A DNA stretch of 64,000 nt from Eledone cirrhosa (Eukaryota), in NCBI GenBank assembly GCA_964016885.1, contig OZ024753.1:10974001-11038000 (forward strand), in the 5' to 3' direction. The notes beneath the pieces are model-generated. The model was not told the origin of the DNA, did no database searches, and saw nothing but the letters and a program-made list of their open reading frames with translations. This document shows positions 12,714-26,399 of this stretch, in pieces; positions within the stretch are counted from its first letter, which is position 1; every line of letters starts with the position of its first letter. A program made the position numbers and the translations under genes.

Positions 12714-12903
12714 GGGCGGTGGATTGGCAGTATCGGTAGAGGGTCGGACGCCATACTTTGACGCATTGAGTTACGGCCCTTGCCATTCTGAGTTCAAATC
12801 CCGCCGAGGTTAACTTTGCTTTTCATCCTTACGGGGTCGATAAAATAAAGTACCAGTAATGCACTGAGTAATTGCTGGCCTTGTGCCAAAAGTAGAAACA
12901 ATT
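12714..12903 (+). mobile_element. Meta-type tRNA-derived SINE, full length (reference copy)
   Basis: A-box-like TGGCAGTATCGG, B-box GAGTTCAAATCCC, core GCTTTTCATCCTTACGGGGTCGATAAAATAAAGTACCAG resembling the Meta domain, short AT tail. Other copies at 25957-26088, 29500-29574, 34348-34535, 35372-35607, 38195-38382, 38573-38750, 38838-38955, 51043-51165, 59897-60077. Confidence 0.9.
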
Positions 12904-13162
12904 ATATATATATAATATATATCGACTGTCGATCGACAAGATCTCAGACCTCGCTTAACGAGTGGGGTGGAGCTCGTCAAATCGGACCGAGGAAACAATG
13001 TTTCCATTGGTCTTTCCAATTGCTAAATAAAATGTGTCGGTCGCAAATCCAGGTAAAAGGAGCAACGTGAAATATACTCTACTACCCCCAAGTATCGAGT
13101 ACTCTGTTGAGTAATGGTCGAGCCAGTTTCTAACTGAATCCATCCTGATGTATGCATATATA

Positions 13163-13590
13163 TATATTTATTAAAATAACAGATTAAAGTTTAAGCAAAG
13201 AATCGTTGCTTTCACCCTTAACGGGATCTTCTGAAACTAAAAAAATCAATCTGTGAACGCAGAAGTAAATATTTCAAAAAACGTTGCAACCGGAGGAAGA
13301 CAAGAAGACGATACTTTGGTTCGTGGAAACGCTTCCTAGCAAAGAACGGAAAAAACCCCGAAGAAAATACGTCATTATTTGGAGCGGTGAAAACAATTAC
13401 ACGCAAAGACAAAACCACGTTTATGGTATAAAAGAAGTCGTAGACTAATATTCTATTTAGGAAACCGAATGATTCTCGGCTTTAGAGATAAGAAGAAAGT
13501 AAATAAATTACTTTAGTTTCAGAAGATCCCATTAAGGGTGAAAGCAGCGATTCTTTGCTTAAACTTTAATCTGTTATTTTAATAAATATT
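13163..13590 (+). mobile_element. Fold-back PLE-end insertion with a hammerhead-like motif (CAGAAGA core) at 13515-13556
   Basis: Inverted arms 13163-13240 and 13514-13590; related copy at 50875-50955 with compensatory stem II change (CCC/GGG vs CTC/GAG). Confidence 0.6.
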
Positions 13591-14136
13591 TGCTCCACGG
13601 TTCTTATATATTTGATATATATTTATCCTTATCGAGCCCTCTTTGGATTTTTGTCTGCATATTTATTATTATTACTATATATATATATATGGTGGCTGCC
13701 AACTAGTTTTCGAGTACAGCCACTACTTTATATCTATGTAGGAGAACCCTACCGATGCGCTGAACGAGTGTGACTTTTTAGTCCAGCCAGCGACTTGAAA
13801 ACTCTGGTACAAACACTACACTTGTGACAATTATTGACACATAGTGCTGGGCCCATGGTACCATGTGACGACAAGTGCAGAGAGATCTCCAGATCTAAAG
13901 CAATGCCTGTGCCGTGAAGCTTTTATAGTGAGCAAAGGCACTGCACAAAGCCAGTCCCACTCTCTTAACCAAGATGATATTTACCAAAAAGAAGAACAAG
14001 TCAACATCATTGGATACCATCAGGGTTGCAGGTGTTATTTCAGAGTTTTCCTTCTCCTAGAATTCTGCCTTGACAAAGGCTAAGGGGTCATCTCTTCCGG
14101 TGATTTTAGATGGCCATTGACTCTTAAGAGCTCCTT

Positions 14137-14180
<44 letters not shown>

Positions 14181-14204
14181 TACATATATGTGTGTGTGTC
14201 TGTG

Positions 14205-14460
14205 TGTAAAATCCCAACCGCGGCTTCGGTTTGTGCGTTCAAACAGCCTTTTAAAATAGCTTGCTGGACCTACAAGCCGAAACCGCTTGGCGCCGCATTC
14301 GGGGTTTTACATATCTCTATACCCACTCTACATCTCCCCATGCATTGAGTACTCCCATGATTAGTGGTCTCGCGGTCTCAGTACAGCAGACTCTCTCTCC
14401 AAACACCACACACACACACACACACATCTACGTACCGTGATAGCTAATTGCGTATGCATA
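14205..14460 (+). mobile_element. Fold-back repeat family C; related copy at 44645-44810
   Basis: Shared GGTTTTACATATCTCTATACC.ACTCTACA..GTACTC.CATGATTAGTGGTCTC and CTACGTACCGTGATAGCTAATT. Confidence 0.65.
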
Positions 14461-14504
14461 GATGGTTAAATATAGCCACAGTGAGATAGAGGGAAGTGAG
14501 AGCA

Positions 14505-15383
14505 AGTGAGTGATGGAGTGAGTGATGGAGTGAGTGAGTGAGTGATGGAGTGATGGAGTGAGTGATGGAGTGAGTGATGGAGTGAGTGATGGAGTGATGG
14601 AGTGAGTGATGGAGTGAGTGATGGAGTGATGGAGTGAGTGATGGAGTGAGTGATGGAGTGATGGAGGGAGTGATGGAGTGAGTGATGGAGTGAGTGATGG
14701 AGTGATGGAGTGAGTGATGGAGTGAGTGATGGAGTGATGGAGTGAGTGATGGAGTGATGGAGTGAGTGATGGAGTGATGGAGTGATGGAGTGAGTGATGG
14801 AGTGATGGAGTGAGTGATGGAGTGATGGAGTGAGTGATGGAGTGATGGAGTGAGTGATGGAGTGATGGAGTGAGTGATGGAGTGATGGAGTGAGTGATGG
14901 AGTGAGTGATGGAGTGAGTGATGGAGTGAGTGATGGAGTGAGTGATGGAGTGAGTGATGGAGTGAGTGAGTGAGTGAGTGAGTGAGTGAGTGAGTGAGTG
15001 AGTGAGTGAGTGAGTGAGTGAGTGAGTGAGTGAGTGAGTGAGTGAGTGAGTGAGTGAGTGAGTGAGTGAGTGAGTGAGTGAGTGAGTGAGTGAGTGAGTG
15101 AGTGAGTGAGTGAGTGAGTGAGTGAGTGAGTGAGTGAGTGAGTGAGTGAGTGAGTGAGTGAGTGAGTGAGTGAGTGAGTGAGTGAGTGAGTGAGTGAGTG
15201 AGTGAGTGAGTGAGTGAGTGAGTGAGTGAGTGAGTGAGTGAGTGAGTGAGTGAGTGAGTGAGTGAGTGAGTGAGTGAGTGAGTGAGTGAGTGAGTGAGTG
15301 AGTGAGTGAGTGAGTGAGTGAGTGAGTGAGTGAGTGAGTGAGTGAGTGAGTGAGTGAGTGAGTGAGTGAGTGAGTGAGTGAGT
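14505..15383. repeat. (GAGTGATG/GAGT)n satellite grading into pure (GAGT)n
   Basis: Direct inspection. Confidence 0.98.
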
Positions 15384-15607
15384 GTTTGTATCTAGTGAGA
15401 CCTTGGCCACCAATCTATGTACTTGATGTTCTCTAGGAAATGATGCAGGTGCAATATCTGAGAGCACAGTTAGATAATCAGTTGATGAGATTCGTACTCC
15501 GCAGTTCTCCGCAGAACTCCGCAGACCAAGGCTAGGCTCTGCTACATAGGCTGCATGTGACAATACTCCATGACGAGATACCAGAAGTTTGGTTACTGAT
15601 AATATAT

Positions 15608-16760
15608 AAGTTTCTACTTTGAGCACAAGGACAGCAATTACCCCAGTGCATTACTGGTACTTTATTTTCTCGACCCCGAAAGGATGAAAGGCAAAGTTAA
15701 CCTCGGCGAATTTGAACTCAAAGTAAAGAGCCATAACTATGCAGCAAAGCATGGTGTCTGATGCTCTACCGATACTGCCAATCCACCACCAGAACGCCAA
15801 GGGCCACCACTCTATGCTACAAAATGGTGTCTGATGCTCTACCGATACTGCCAATCCACCACCAGAACGCCAAGGGCCACCACTCTATGCTACAAAATGG
15901 TGTCTGATGCTCTACCGATACTGCCAATCCACCACTACCAGAACGTAAAGAGCCATCACTCTATGCTACAAAATGGTGTCTGACGCTCTACCGATACTGC
16001 CAATCCACCACCAGAACGCAAAGAACCACCACTCTATGCTACAAAATGGCGTCCGACGCTCTACCGATACTGCCAATCCTCCACTACCAGAACGTAAAGA
16101 ACCACCACTCTATGCTACAAAATGGCGTCCGACGCTCTACCGATACTGCCAATCCTCCACTACCAGAACGTAAAGAACCACCACTCTATGCTACAAAATG
16201 GCGTCCGATGCTCTACCGATACTGCCAATCCTCCACTACCAGAACGTAAAGAACCACCACTCTATGCTACAAAATGGCGTCCGACGCTCTACCGATACTG
16301 CCAATCCTCCACTACCAGAACGTAAAGAACCACCACTCTATGCTACAGAATGGCGTCCGACGCTCTACCGATACTGCCAATCCTCCACTACCAGAACATA
16401 AACAGCCACCACTCTATGCTACAAAATGGTGTCTAACGCTCTACCGCTTCTGCCAATCCACCACTACCAGAACGTAAAGAACCACCACTCTATGCTACAG
16501 AATGGCGTCCGACGCTCTACCGATACTGCCAATCCTCCACTACCAGAACATAAACAGCCACCACTCTATGCTACAAAATGGTGTCTAACGCTCTACCGCT
16601 TCTGCCAATCCACCACTACCAGAACGTAAAGAGCCACCACTCTATGCTACAGAATGGCGTCCGACGCTCTACCGATACTGCCAATCCTCCACTACCAGAA
16701 CATAAACAGCCACCACTCTATGCTACAAAATGGTGTCTAACGCTCTACCGATACTGCCAA
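15608..16760 (-). repeat. Meta-type SINE followed by about 13 tandem 73-76 bp units derived from its tRNA head
   Basis: Unit CTCTATGCTACAAAATGGCGTCCGACGCTCTACCGATACTGCCAATCCTCCACTACCAGAACGTAAAGAACCACCA. Confidence 0.92.
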
Positions 16761-16964
16761 TATATATATATAGAAAGTTAGTTTAATCTTCATTTGGTTA
16801 ATACAATTTCTCCGTCTCGCAGTTTTTATCTACTTCAAATAGACAACAGTCAGCAACCTAGATTGGAAATATTTCATTTACTTTTTATTTCTGTCTGTTT
16901 AAAACAATTATGAGTCTGTTGTCAACCATGATTATGCTGACATCATTTACTAGTACGTAGTTTT

Positions 16965-16981
16965 ATGTGTGTGTGTGTGTA

Positions 16982-17029
<48 letters not shown>

Positions 17030-17403
17030 TGTGTATATATATATATATGAGTGCCTTTGTGTATATATATTTATATATACGAGTGTTTTTGTGTGTATAT
17101 ATATATATATTTACATATATATATTTATTTATATATATATATATATTTACATAAATATATATATATATTTACATATATATATATATTTACATATATATAT
17201 ATATATATTTACATATATATATATATTTACATATATATATATATATTTACATATATATATATTTATATATATATATTTATATATATATATTTATTTACAT
17301 ATATATATATATATATATATTTACATATATATATTTATTTACATATATATATATATATTTAAATATATATATATATATATATACTTACGTATATATATTT
17401 ATT

Positions 17404-17478
<75 letters not shown>

Positions 17479-17810
17479 TGCAATATAGTCAGGACGTGGG
17501 TTGCACTATTTTATGATTATTCGATATTTTTTTCTTTTTCATTTATCTTCGTTATTTTTCTTTGAAATCGTTTGTCGGGAACTTTGTTATATTCAATCTT
17601 CAAATATACACACTTGCTATATAGACACTTGTTATATGCACACTTGTTATATACACACTTGCTATATACACACTTGCTATATACACACTTGTTATATAGT
17701 TTTTCTCACACACACACACGTATATATATATATATATATATATTTATTATTTTATTATTATTTTATTATTATTACTATATATATATATATATATATATAC
17801 ATACACACAC

Positions 17811-17843
<33 letters not shown>

Positions 17844-17849
17844 CACACA

Positions 17850-17891
<42 letters not shown>

Positions 17892-18064
17892 CACACCTAT
17901 ATATATACACACACAAATATTAACATACACATGGATATATACATGCACACACAAACAAATATATACATACACACATATATACATGCACAGACACACAACT
18001 ATATACATATGCACACACACAAATATATGCACACACATATATATATATCTGTGTGTGTGTGTGT

Positions 18065-18105
<41 letters not shown>

Positions 18106-18488
18106 GCACACACACACACAAATATTAACATACACATGGATATATACATGCACACAGACACAAATACACACACACACACACACATATATATATACATGCA
18201 CACACTCACACAAATATATACATACACACATATATACATGCACACAGACACAAACTATATACATATGCACACACACAAATATATATATATATGTGTGTGT
18301 GTGTTTATATATATATATATATACATGCACACACACACAAATATTAACATACACATGGATATATACATGCACACACAAACAAATATATACATACACACAT
18401 ATATACATGGACAGACACACAACTATATACATATGCACACACAAATATATGCACACACAAATATATATATATCTGTGTGTGTGTGTGT

Positions 18489-18529
<41 letters not shown>

Positions 18530-18720
18530 CACACAAATATTAACATACACATGGATATATACATGCACACAGACACAAATACACACACACACACATATAT
18601 ATACATGCACACACTCACACAAATATATACATACACACATATATACATGCACACAGACACACAACTATATACATATGCACACACACAAATATATACATAC
18701 ACAAATATATATGTGTGTGT

Positions 18721-18765
<45 letters not shown>

Positions 18766-18917
18766 CACACAAATATTAACATACACATGGATATATACAT
18801 GCACACACAAACAAATATATACATACACACATATATACATGCACAGACACACAACTATATACATATGCACACACATAAATATATACATACACAAATATAT
18901 ATATATATATATATATA
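16965..18917. repeat. TA/CA compound microsatellites and a higher-order CA/TA minisatellite (marker CAAATATTAACATACACATGGATATATACATGC, five times)
   Basis: Direct inspection. Confidence 0.9.
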
Positions 18918-19026
18918 AGTTTTAATATAGATGAGATTCTACAGGACTAGAACTGTTTCATTCATTAGAAATCATCAGAAATCGAGTACCTTACTTACTG
19001 TGGTTACCTCCGATTCAACCCGGAAT

Positions 19027-19067
<41 letters not shown>

Positions 19068-19227
19068 CAAAGGAATTGTGGTAAGGAACCAGATGGACCA
19101 TAACGCACCAGAGTACTCAATACTTAGGGTAGTAGTGTGGGAAATAGGAAAAAAGTATGACCCCGACGGCAGAAGTCAAGCCGTTTCGAAAAGGCTTGAG
19201 CTCTGCCGTCGGGGTCGTACTTTTTCC

Positions 19228-19259
<32 letters not shown>

Positions 19260-20813
19260 TATATATATATAATCTTTTCAATCAGTCTCTTCAACATCAG
19301 CTTTGAAATCAAACTTTGTTTTGGTTACAATCAATCACTTACATCAATATTCAATTAGGTAATCTATTACCCCCACACCCCTACACTAAAACACCTTACT
19401 CTCTTCTCTTCTCATTTCTCTCTGTTTCTACTGCCCCTTCTCCCTCTTAATCTGTTCCTACTGCTCCTCCTTCTTCCCCTCTCTCCTTACACTGTTCCTA
19501 CTCCACCCTCTCTCCCTCCTTACTTCCCCCCCCTCCTCACACCCCTTACTGTTCCTCCTCCACCCTCTCCCTTCTCACTCTGTTCTTACTCTCCTCCCCT
19601 CCCTTCTCACTGTGTTCCTATTCTTCCTCTCTCTTCCTACTACCCCCTCCATCTCCCTACTTACTCTCTTCCCACCACATCTCCCTACTTACTCTCTTCC
19701 TACCCCCCATCTCCCTACTTATCTCTTCCTACGCCCCCCCCCCATCTCCCTACTTTCCCTGTCATAATAAACCTTTGTTGTACTGTTTTACTTTATTCCT
19801 AATCTATTTATCCTACATCTATTTACTATTAACTCTTTCCTTATCTGATAAACAAGTTTCTCTGAAACTTATACAATATACAATATACTTCACTTCTTAG
19901 TAGCTGCTTTACTCTATAAGATACCATATTCTCCAGCGTATAAGTTCCACAGTTTTTACTAAAATATTTGAGGTAAAAATATGCTTCTGCGTTCTATCTC
20001 AAAATCATGAATATGAGAGGCCCCTTACGGTAACAACTGACCGTGGTTTTGGATCTAGAAAAATTCGTCTCCGAGGGACAAGCCTGGGCAAGGTGTGTTT
20101 GTGGACGACCATATATACCAGTCTCCCCCCCCCTCTACGTCACCAATGTTGTCCAAGGGGAAGACAAATGGCCGATATAGATTGACACCAGTGACGTCGC
20201 AACCACAGTAAGTAAGGTACTCAATACATAGAGTATATACAAAGATTAATATAGAAATGGCTTTTACAGGACTAGAACTGCTTCATTCGAAGGAAATCAT
20301 CAGAGCTTTTCTAGTGAATTATTTTGAATGAAATATTTATTTCCTGCTGAGTTCCCTTGAATAAAACAGTTCTAGTCCTGTAGAAGCCATTTCTATATGA
20401 AATTCACTCTCACTCTCTCTCTCATGTGTGTGTGTTGTGTGTGTTGTGTGTGTGTGTGTGTGCGTGTGTGCGTGTGCGTGTAAAAGGTAAACAGAAATAA
20501 CAACACAATCGCTACAGTATATGGAAGGTATATATTAAGTTAACGCTTGATATAGCAGGAAGAGGGTCTTAACGTTTCGGACGCTAGTCCTTCATCACAA
20601 GAAAAAATAGAGAAATAAAATAGATTGAGGGGACGGGCGGGATGGAATTGGAAAAAATGTCTTTAGATAAAAATAACAGGTCCATTCATGTTGACATCTC
20701 TTGGAAAAGTGTTGGTGCTGGCGTTTTGTGTAAGATTTGTTTTTAAAATAACAAATTCAAGTTCAAGTAAAGAATCGCTGCTTTCAGCCTTATTTCATAT
20801 TTATTATTATTAT

Positions 20814-20844
<31 letters not shown>

Positions 20845-21024
20845 GGAAAAGAATCAGGACCCTGGCCGTTTCGACAGCTAAATTTGAACGTTCGGATCTA
20901 GCTGTTGAAACGACCTGGGCTCAGCCGCCGGGGTCCTCTGTCTCGTTTCCTATTACCCACTCTACTACCCTAAGTATTGAGTACTCTGGTGCGTTATGGT
21001 CCACCTCTTATCTTACCACAGGCT

Positions 21025-21115
<91 letters not shown>

Positions 21116-21650
21116 CACTCAAATATTTATTTATATTTACACAACCGATTATCATTTCTGTCCAGTTCTGCAAACGCGGTATTTTGTTGAAACCCCTGTG
21201 AATCTTTAAGATCAATTGAAAAATGTATACTCCATTTTTCTTTGTCCAAGGTTAAAATTTACTGCGAATCCGTTAAACATTTCCCCCTAGTTTTCCTATC
21301 TTTCTTCAACTCCTGCCTCAAATTCGCTATTAATTCTGAGTAATTGCTCAAATTACCTTTAATTAAACCAGAAGGTAAAACTTTGTTGAAGGTATGATAT
21401 TTTAGTTATGATTACAGATAAGAAATATCGATGGAGGTGTTATTAAAGTTTGCTTCTCATAGAAAAATCTAGACTGCTTCTTCTGCTTATAGGATCGGAA
21501 ATTAATGTAGAAATTGATATTTCTTGTATATACCGGAAATCTAGGAGTTTTAGGAGAAGGGTTGTGTGGTAATAGCACAGTGTGTCATTTCTGAAGAGAA
21601 TATAAGTGATATAAAGGAAACTTAAACATGTTACAACCTATGAAACGCAT

Positions 21651-21750
<100 letters not shown>

Positions 21751-21886
21751 CATACATTTTCTATATATATTGTCTGAGGAGGACATGTTTTGGTTTATGT
21801 TATATATAAAACTTTGCATCTTCGATATATATATACATAATGAAATAAATAGAGTTGATATAAAGTATATATCTTTCGTTTATTAC

Positions 21887-21938
<52 letters not shown>

Positions 21939-22239
21939 ATATAATGAAAATAAAAAGAAAATAAATATATAAATAAAACAATTTCCTCCTAAAATCTGTG
22001 GATATTTCTTTAGTTACAATATCAACGACGTATGTAAAATTATTAGTAAAAATATTTTTTCTATAAATAACGATTTGTTTGGATATACAATATTATTTTC
22101 CTTATGATAATGGAAAATTCTGATATTCCTGTCTTTCTCTAAGATATTAGTGTAGTAAATGTGCTAAAAATATTTCTGTCAGAATTCAAATGGGATGGGA
22201 AATTCTTACTGCCTCTAAAACATTTGACATTGTTTAGTA

Positions 22240-22760
22240 TATCATCATCCGGCGACCTCAGCCGAAATCGACTCAACATTTGATCTCCACGTGGGTCTGT
22301 CGTTCATTGGCGTTGCCAAATCCTGGATCTCAATACCAGAATCTCTGGAGATGACATCGGGATAGGAGAGCTTGTGCCCCTTGTTTTTAGTGACTGTTTG
22401 TGGTTTCCAAAGCACTAGTGGGGACACAGTCTCATAGGTGGCACGATGGCAGTGGCCAGCAAATCGGGAGAGGAGAGCTTGTGCCCCCTGTTATTAGTGT
22501 CTGCTTGTGGTTTCCAAAGCACTAGTGGGGACACAGTCTCATAGGTGGCACCATGGCAGTGGCCAGCAAATCGGGATAGGAGAGCTTGTGCCCCCTGTTA
22601 TTAGTGTCTGCTTGTGGTTTCCAAAGCACTAACGGGGACACAGCCTCATAGGTGGCACGATGGCAGTTGCCAGCAAATCTTACTTTCCTTTTCAGATGTC
22701 GCGAGCTTATGTTCTGAATGCGTCGAAGTAGGCGAGTGTAGGTGCCATCAAGGCGCTTTT
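22240..22760 (-). mobile_element. RTE-clade LINE 3' fragment with an internal 107-bp triplication and (GAT)n tail
   Basis: LDGTYTRLLRRIQNIS..RFAGNCHR..LVLWKP..YPDVISRDSG..MNDRPTWR; units start near 22357, 22464 and 22571. Confidence 0.85.
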
Positions 22761-22929
22761 GTTTTGAATATATGATCGTGTAGAATTGCTAGATAGAACA
22801 AGGGAACTAATTGCTTTAAAGCAGAGGGACTAAAAGGTTTAGGGCCACCGACCCAACCCTATTTCCAAAGAGACCTGCTTACACGCAAATTGTAAATAAT
22901 ATATATAATAAATAAAAGCATTAATTTAT

Positions 22930-23242
22930 CAGAGACCCTCTTCGGTCACAAATGACTATGAGATTTGCACCTAGAAAGTTTCTCTCAGAAGCACAAGCCT
23001 GGGCAAGGTTATTTGAGGAAGACCAGCAGTTGCCTATGTATACCAATCTCCCCTCTCCACGCCACCGATGTTGTCCAAGGGAAAGGCAATGGCCGATACA
23101 GCTTGGCACCAGTGACTTCGCAACTCATTTCTACAACTGAGTAAACTGGAGCAACGTGAAATAAAGTGTCTTGCTCAAGGACACAACGTATCACCCTTTC
23201 GATTGCAAGCTCAATGTTCAAACCACTAAGCCAGGCGCCTTC
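22930..23242 (-). mobile_element. tRNA-derived SINE with a CORE/V-like GTGTCCTTGAGCAAGACACTT segment; relatives at 20030-20200, 33360-33740, 53468-53790
   Basis: A-box TGGCTTAGTGG and a shared body among copies. Confidence 0.75.
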
Positions 23243-23249
23243 GTCGTTA

Positions 23250-24165
23250 ATTTATATATAATAAATAAAATAATATATACTATGTATAAATAAATATTAT
23301 ATATTTTTTATTTTACTATATTTATATATAATAAATAATATAATATATACTATGTATAAATAAATATTATATATTTTTTATTTTACTATATTTATATATA
23401 ATAAATAATATAATATATACTATGTATAAATAAATATTATATATTTTTTATTTTACTATATTTATATATAATAAATAATATAATATATACTATGTATAAA
23501 TAAATATTATATATTTTTTATTTTACTATATTTATATATAATAAATAATATAATATATACTATATATAAATAAATATTATATATTTTTTATTTTACTATA
23601 TTTATATATAATAAATAATATAATATATACTATATATAAATAAATATTATATATTTTTTATTTTACTATATTTATATATAATAAATAATATAATATATAC
23701 TATGTATAAATAAATATTATATATTTTTTATTTTACTATATTTATATATAATAAATAATATAATATATACTATGTATAAATAAATATTATATATTTTTTA
23801 TTTTACTATATTTATATATAATAAATAATATAATATATACTATGTATAAATAAATATTATATATTTTTTATTTTACTATATTTATATATAATAAATAATA
23901 TAATATATACTATGTATAAATAAATATTATATATTTTTTATATTACTATATTTATATATAATAAATAATATAATATATACTATGTATAAATAAATATTAT
24001 ATATTTTTTATATTACTATATTTATATATAATAAATAATATAATATATACTATGTTTAAATATATATTATATATTTTTTATTTTACTATATTTATATATA
24101 ATAAATAACAATATATACTATGTATAAATAAATATTATATATTTTATATTTTGCTATATTTATGT
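23250..24165. repeat. 60-bp extremely AT-rich minisatellite, about 15 copies
   Basis: Successive 60-nt lines are almost identical. Confidence 0.98.
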
Positions 24166-25269
24166 ATATATGTATCGTTTGATATCTAATATATATCATC
24201 TACCGCCTGCCACCACCCCCTTAGGCCCCAGTGACCCCTGGATCTTTTCAATGGCCCCCGGGGCGGTAGCGCTCACTTTGAGAACCTTTATTTTAAAATA
24301 TCTAGATTAATATTTCTACATTCTAAGATCAATTTGTTGTTGGGACGTAGTGTGGGGGTAAATCTATTTTTCCTTACTTTGGAGACCAATCTTAACTATT
24401 ATAAAGTAAGGAGTGCGGGATTGCGTCCAGAATATATTTTTTTATGCCGTTAGTAAAATAAGTTGGATTACTTTGAATAAATAATGAATGAATATTACAT
24501 AATTTATGTACTAAATTTCGTTATTCTTGATTAAATATAAATCATTTTATTGCTTATTTTAAGATTCAATTCTTCAAAATTTTCAAATGTCAACACTTCC
24601 GGTTAGCGTCCGTTATATTATAACATTTATTACATCGCTTATATAAACATTCATATATTTCCGTCACTAATTTTCTTCTAAAGCAGTTTATATATAGTAT
24701 CGTCTTGTTTAAATGTATCATGAATTACTTTACTGATTACAGAAGAGAGTGTAACGCAGACTTCGTTCAATTTCTGTGTATATTGTCATTTACGATTTCA
24801 TTTGATGTATCATATCTATATGTATATATATATATATATATATCTGTGTATAAAATCAATATGCGAGCAGAAAACCAAACGAAGGGTGGTTTTTCTGCTA
24901 GTAGATATAAAGAAGTTAAACAGCGGTTCACTGAATTGACATAGCACCATTCTTTAAACGGTCGACCTGATGTAAAGTAACAAAACAACACCTCCTTTCA
25001 GCCATTAAACAATTCTGAAAGGAATGTTATAGATCAATGTTTTATGGCATCGTTTAATAACTTTTTAAAACATGTAGATTATTATCAATATTTTTCAAAC
25101 AAAATTAAATGAGAATTCAAAGGAAATCACGTTTAGGAACAAATATATTAATTATTAAACATAATTAAAATCGCCCTTACATTAAATATTGATTAAACTA
25201 TTAAATTGATTGCTTTATTACGAACTTTGAAATATCAGTTTTTTCTTGTTTGGTGATCAAATATTCACT

Positions 25270-25720
25270 GCTACCTACACTACAACACAGATACATACAT
25301 GTACACTGTTGTTACTACAACCTAAACTACAACACTAATACATACATGTACACTGCTGTTACTACCACCTAAACTACCTTACTGCTGTTACTACCACCTA
25401 AACTACTACACTTGTTACTACCAGACCAACACATACACTGCTGTTACTACCACCTAAACTACCATACCAACACATACACTGCTGTTACTACCACCTAAAC
25501 TACCTTACTGCTGTTACTACCACCTAAACTACTACACTTTTTACTACCACCAAAACTACCATACCAACACATACACTGCTCTTACTACCACCTAAACTAC
25601 CACACCAATACATACATGTACACTGCTGTCACTACAACCTAAACTACCACACTGTTGTTACTACCACCTAAACTACTACACTGCTGCCACCACCACCTAA
25701 ACTATATTTCTGTCACTACC
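25270..25720. repeat. Minisatellite based on ACTGCTGTTACTACCACCTAAACTAC
   Basis: Degenerate tandem units. Confidence 0.9.
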
Positions 25721-26107
25721 ACAATCACAAGACCATCAATGATGGCCCCAACAGACGCCCTGAGCAAATATTCGGAAAATATCTTTTAATGGGGAGTACC
25801 ACAGTTTTATTTTATCGCTTTGTGAAGGGGAGGGGCATCACCCATGGTCCTTATGAGAGCTTTCAGAGGTGGGTGAAGAGAGGACACAGATAGACTGCGG
25901 CAAAATTTGAATTTACAATGCAAACAACCGGAACAAACACCGAGATATTATCTATCCAATTGCTGGCCTTGTGCCTAAAGTAGAAACAATTATTTAACTT
26001 TGCCTTTCATCCTTACGGGGTCGATAAAATAAAGTACCAGTAATGCACTGGGTATTTGCTGGCCTTGTGCCAAAAGTAGAAACAATTATCTATCCAAACC
26101 TCTAAAG

Positions 26108-26399
26108 CAATCATGGGCAACCTTTTTCGAGAAGTGGGCCGCATGAGATATGGCTCATCATCAGGCTGGCCCCAAGCGCTAATTTACATTCGTGCCCACA
26201 TTAAAAACAAAGGGCGGTAACTCAGGTTGTTTTGATTTGTTTCTTCAGAATTCGTACACGTTGTTTTCCTCGATCGTAAAAATGATAGAAAGATAAATTA
26301 CGACTGAAAATTTTGGGTAAAAAAATCAGAAAGATTTCACTTAGGTGACTTAGACGAGCTATTCAGAAAGTTTCGCGGGCTGCAGGTTGTCCATGATTG
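26108..26399. mobile_element. hAT (Charlie-like) MITE
   Basis: TIR CAATCATGGGCAACCT / AGGTTGTCCATGATTG; perfect 8-bp TSD CTCTAAAG. Confidence 0.9.

Noticed and set aside
12714-12810. tRNA gene
   Set aside because: A/B boxes are present but there is no cloverleaf, and it is the head of a high-copy SINE
15740-16760. CRISPR-like regular array (also 40920-41460)
   Set aside because: The units repeat in full with no unique spacers, derive from a SINE, and sit in a eukaryotic context with no cas genes
19845-19880. CTGATAA..GAAAC as a hammerhead
   Set aside because: The GAAAC lies within the hairpin and stems I and III cannot be formed
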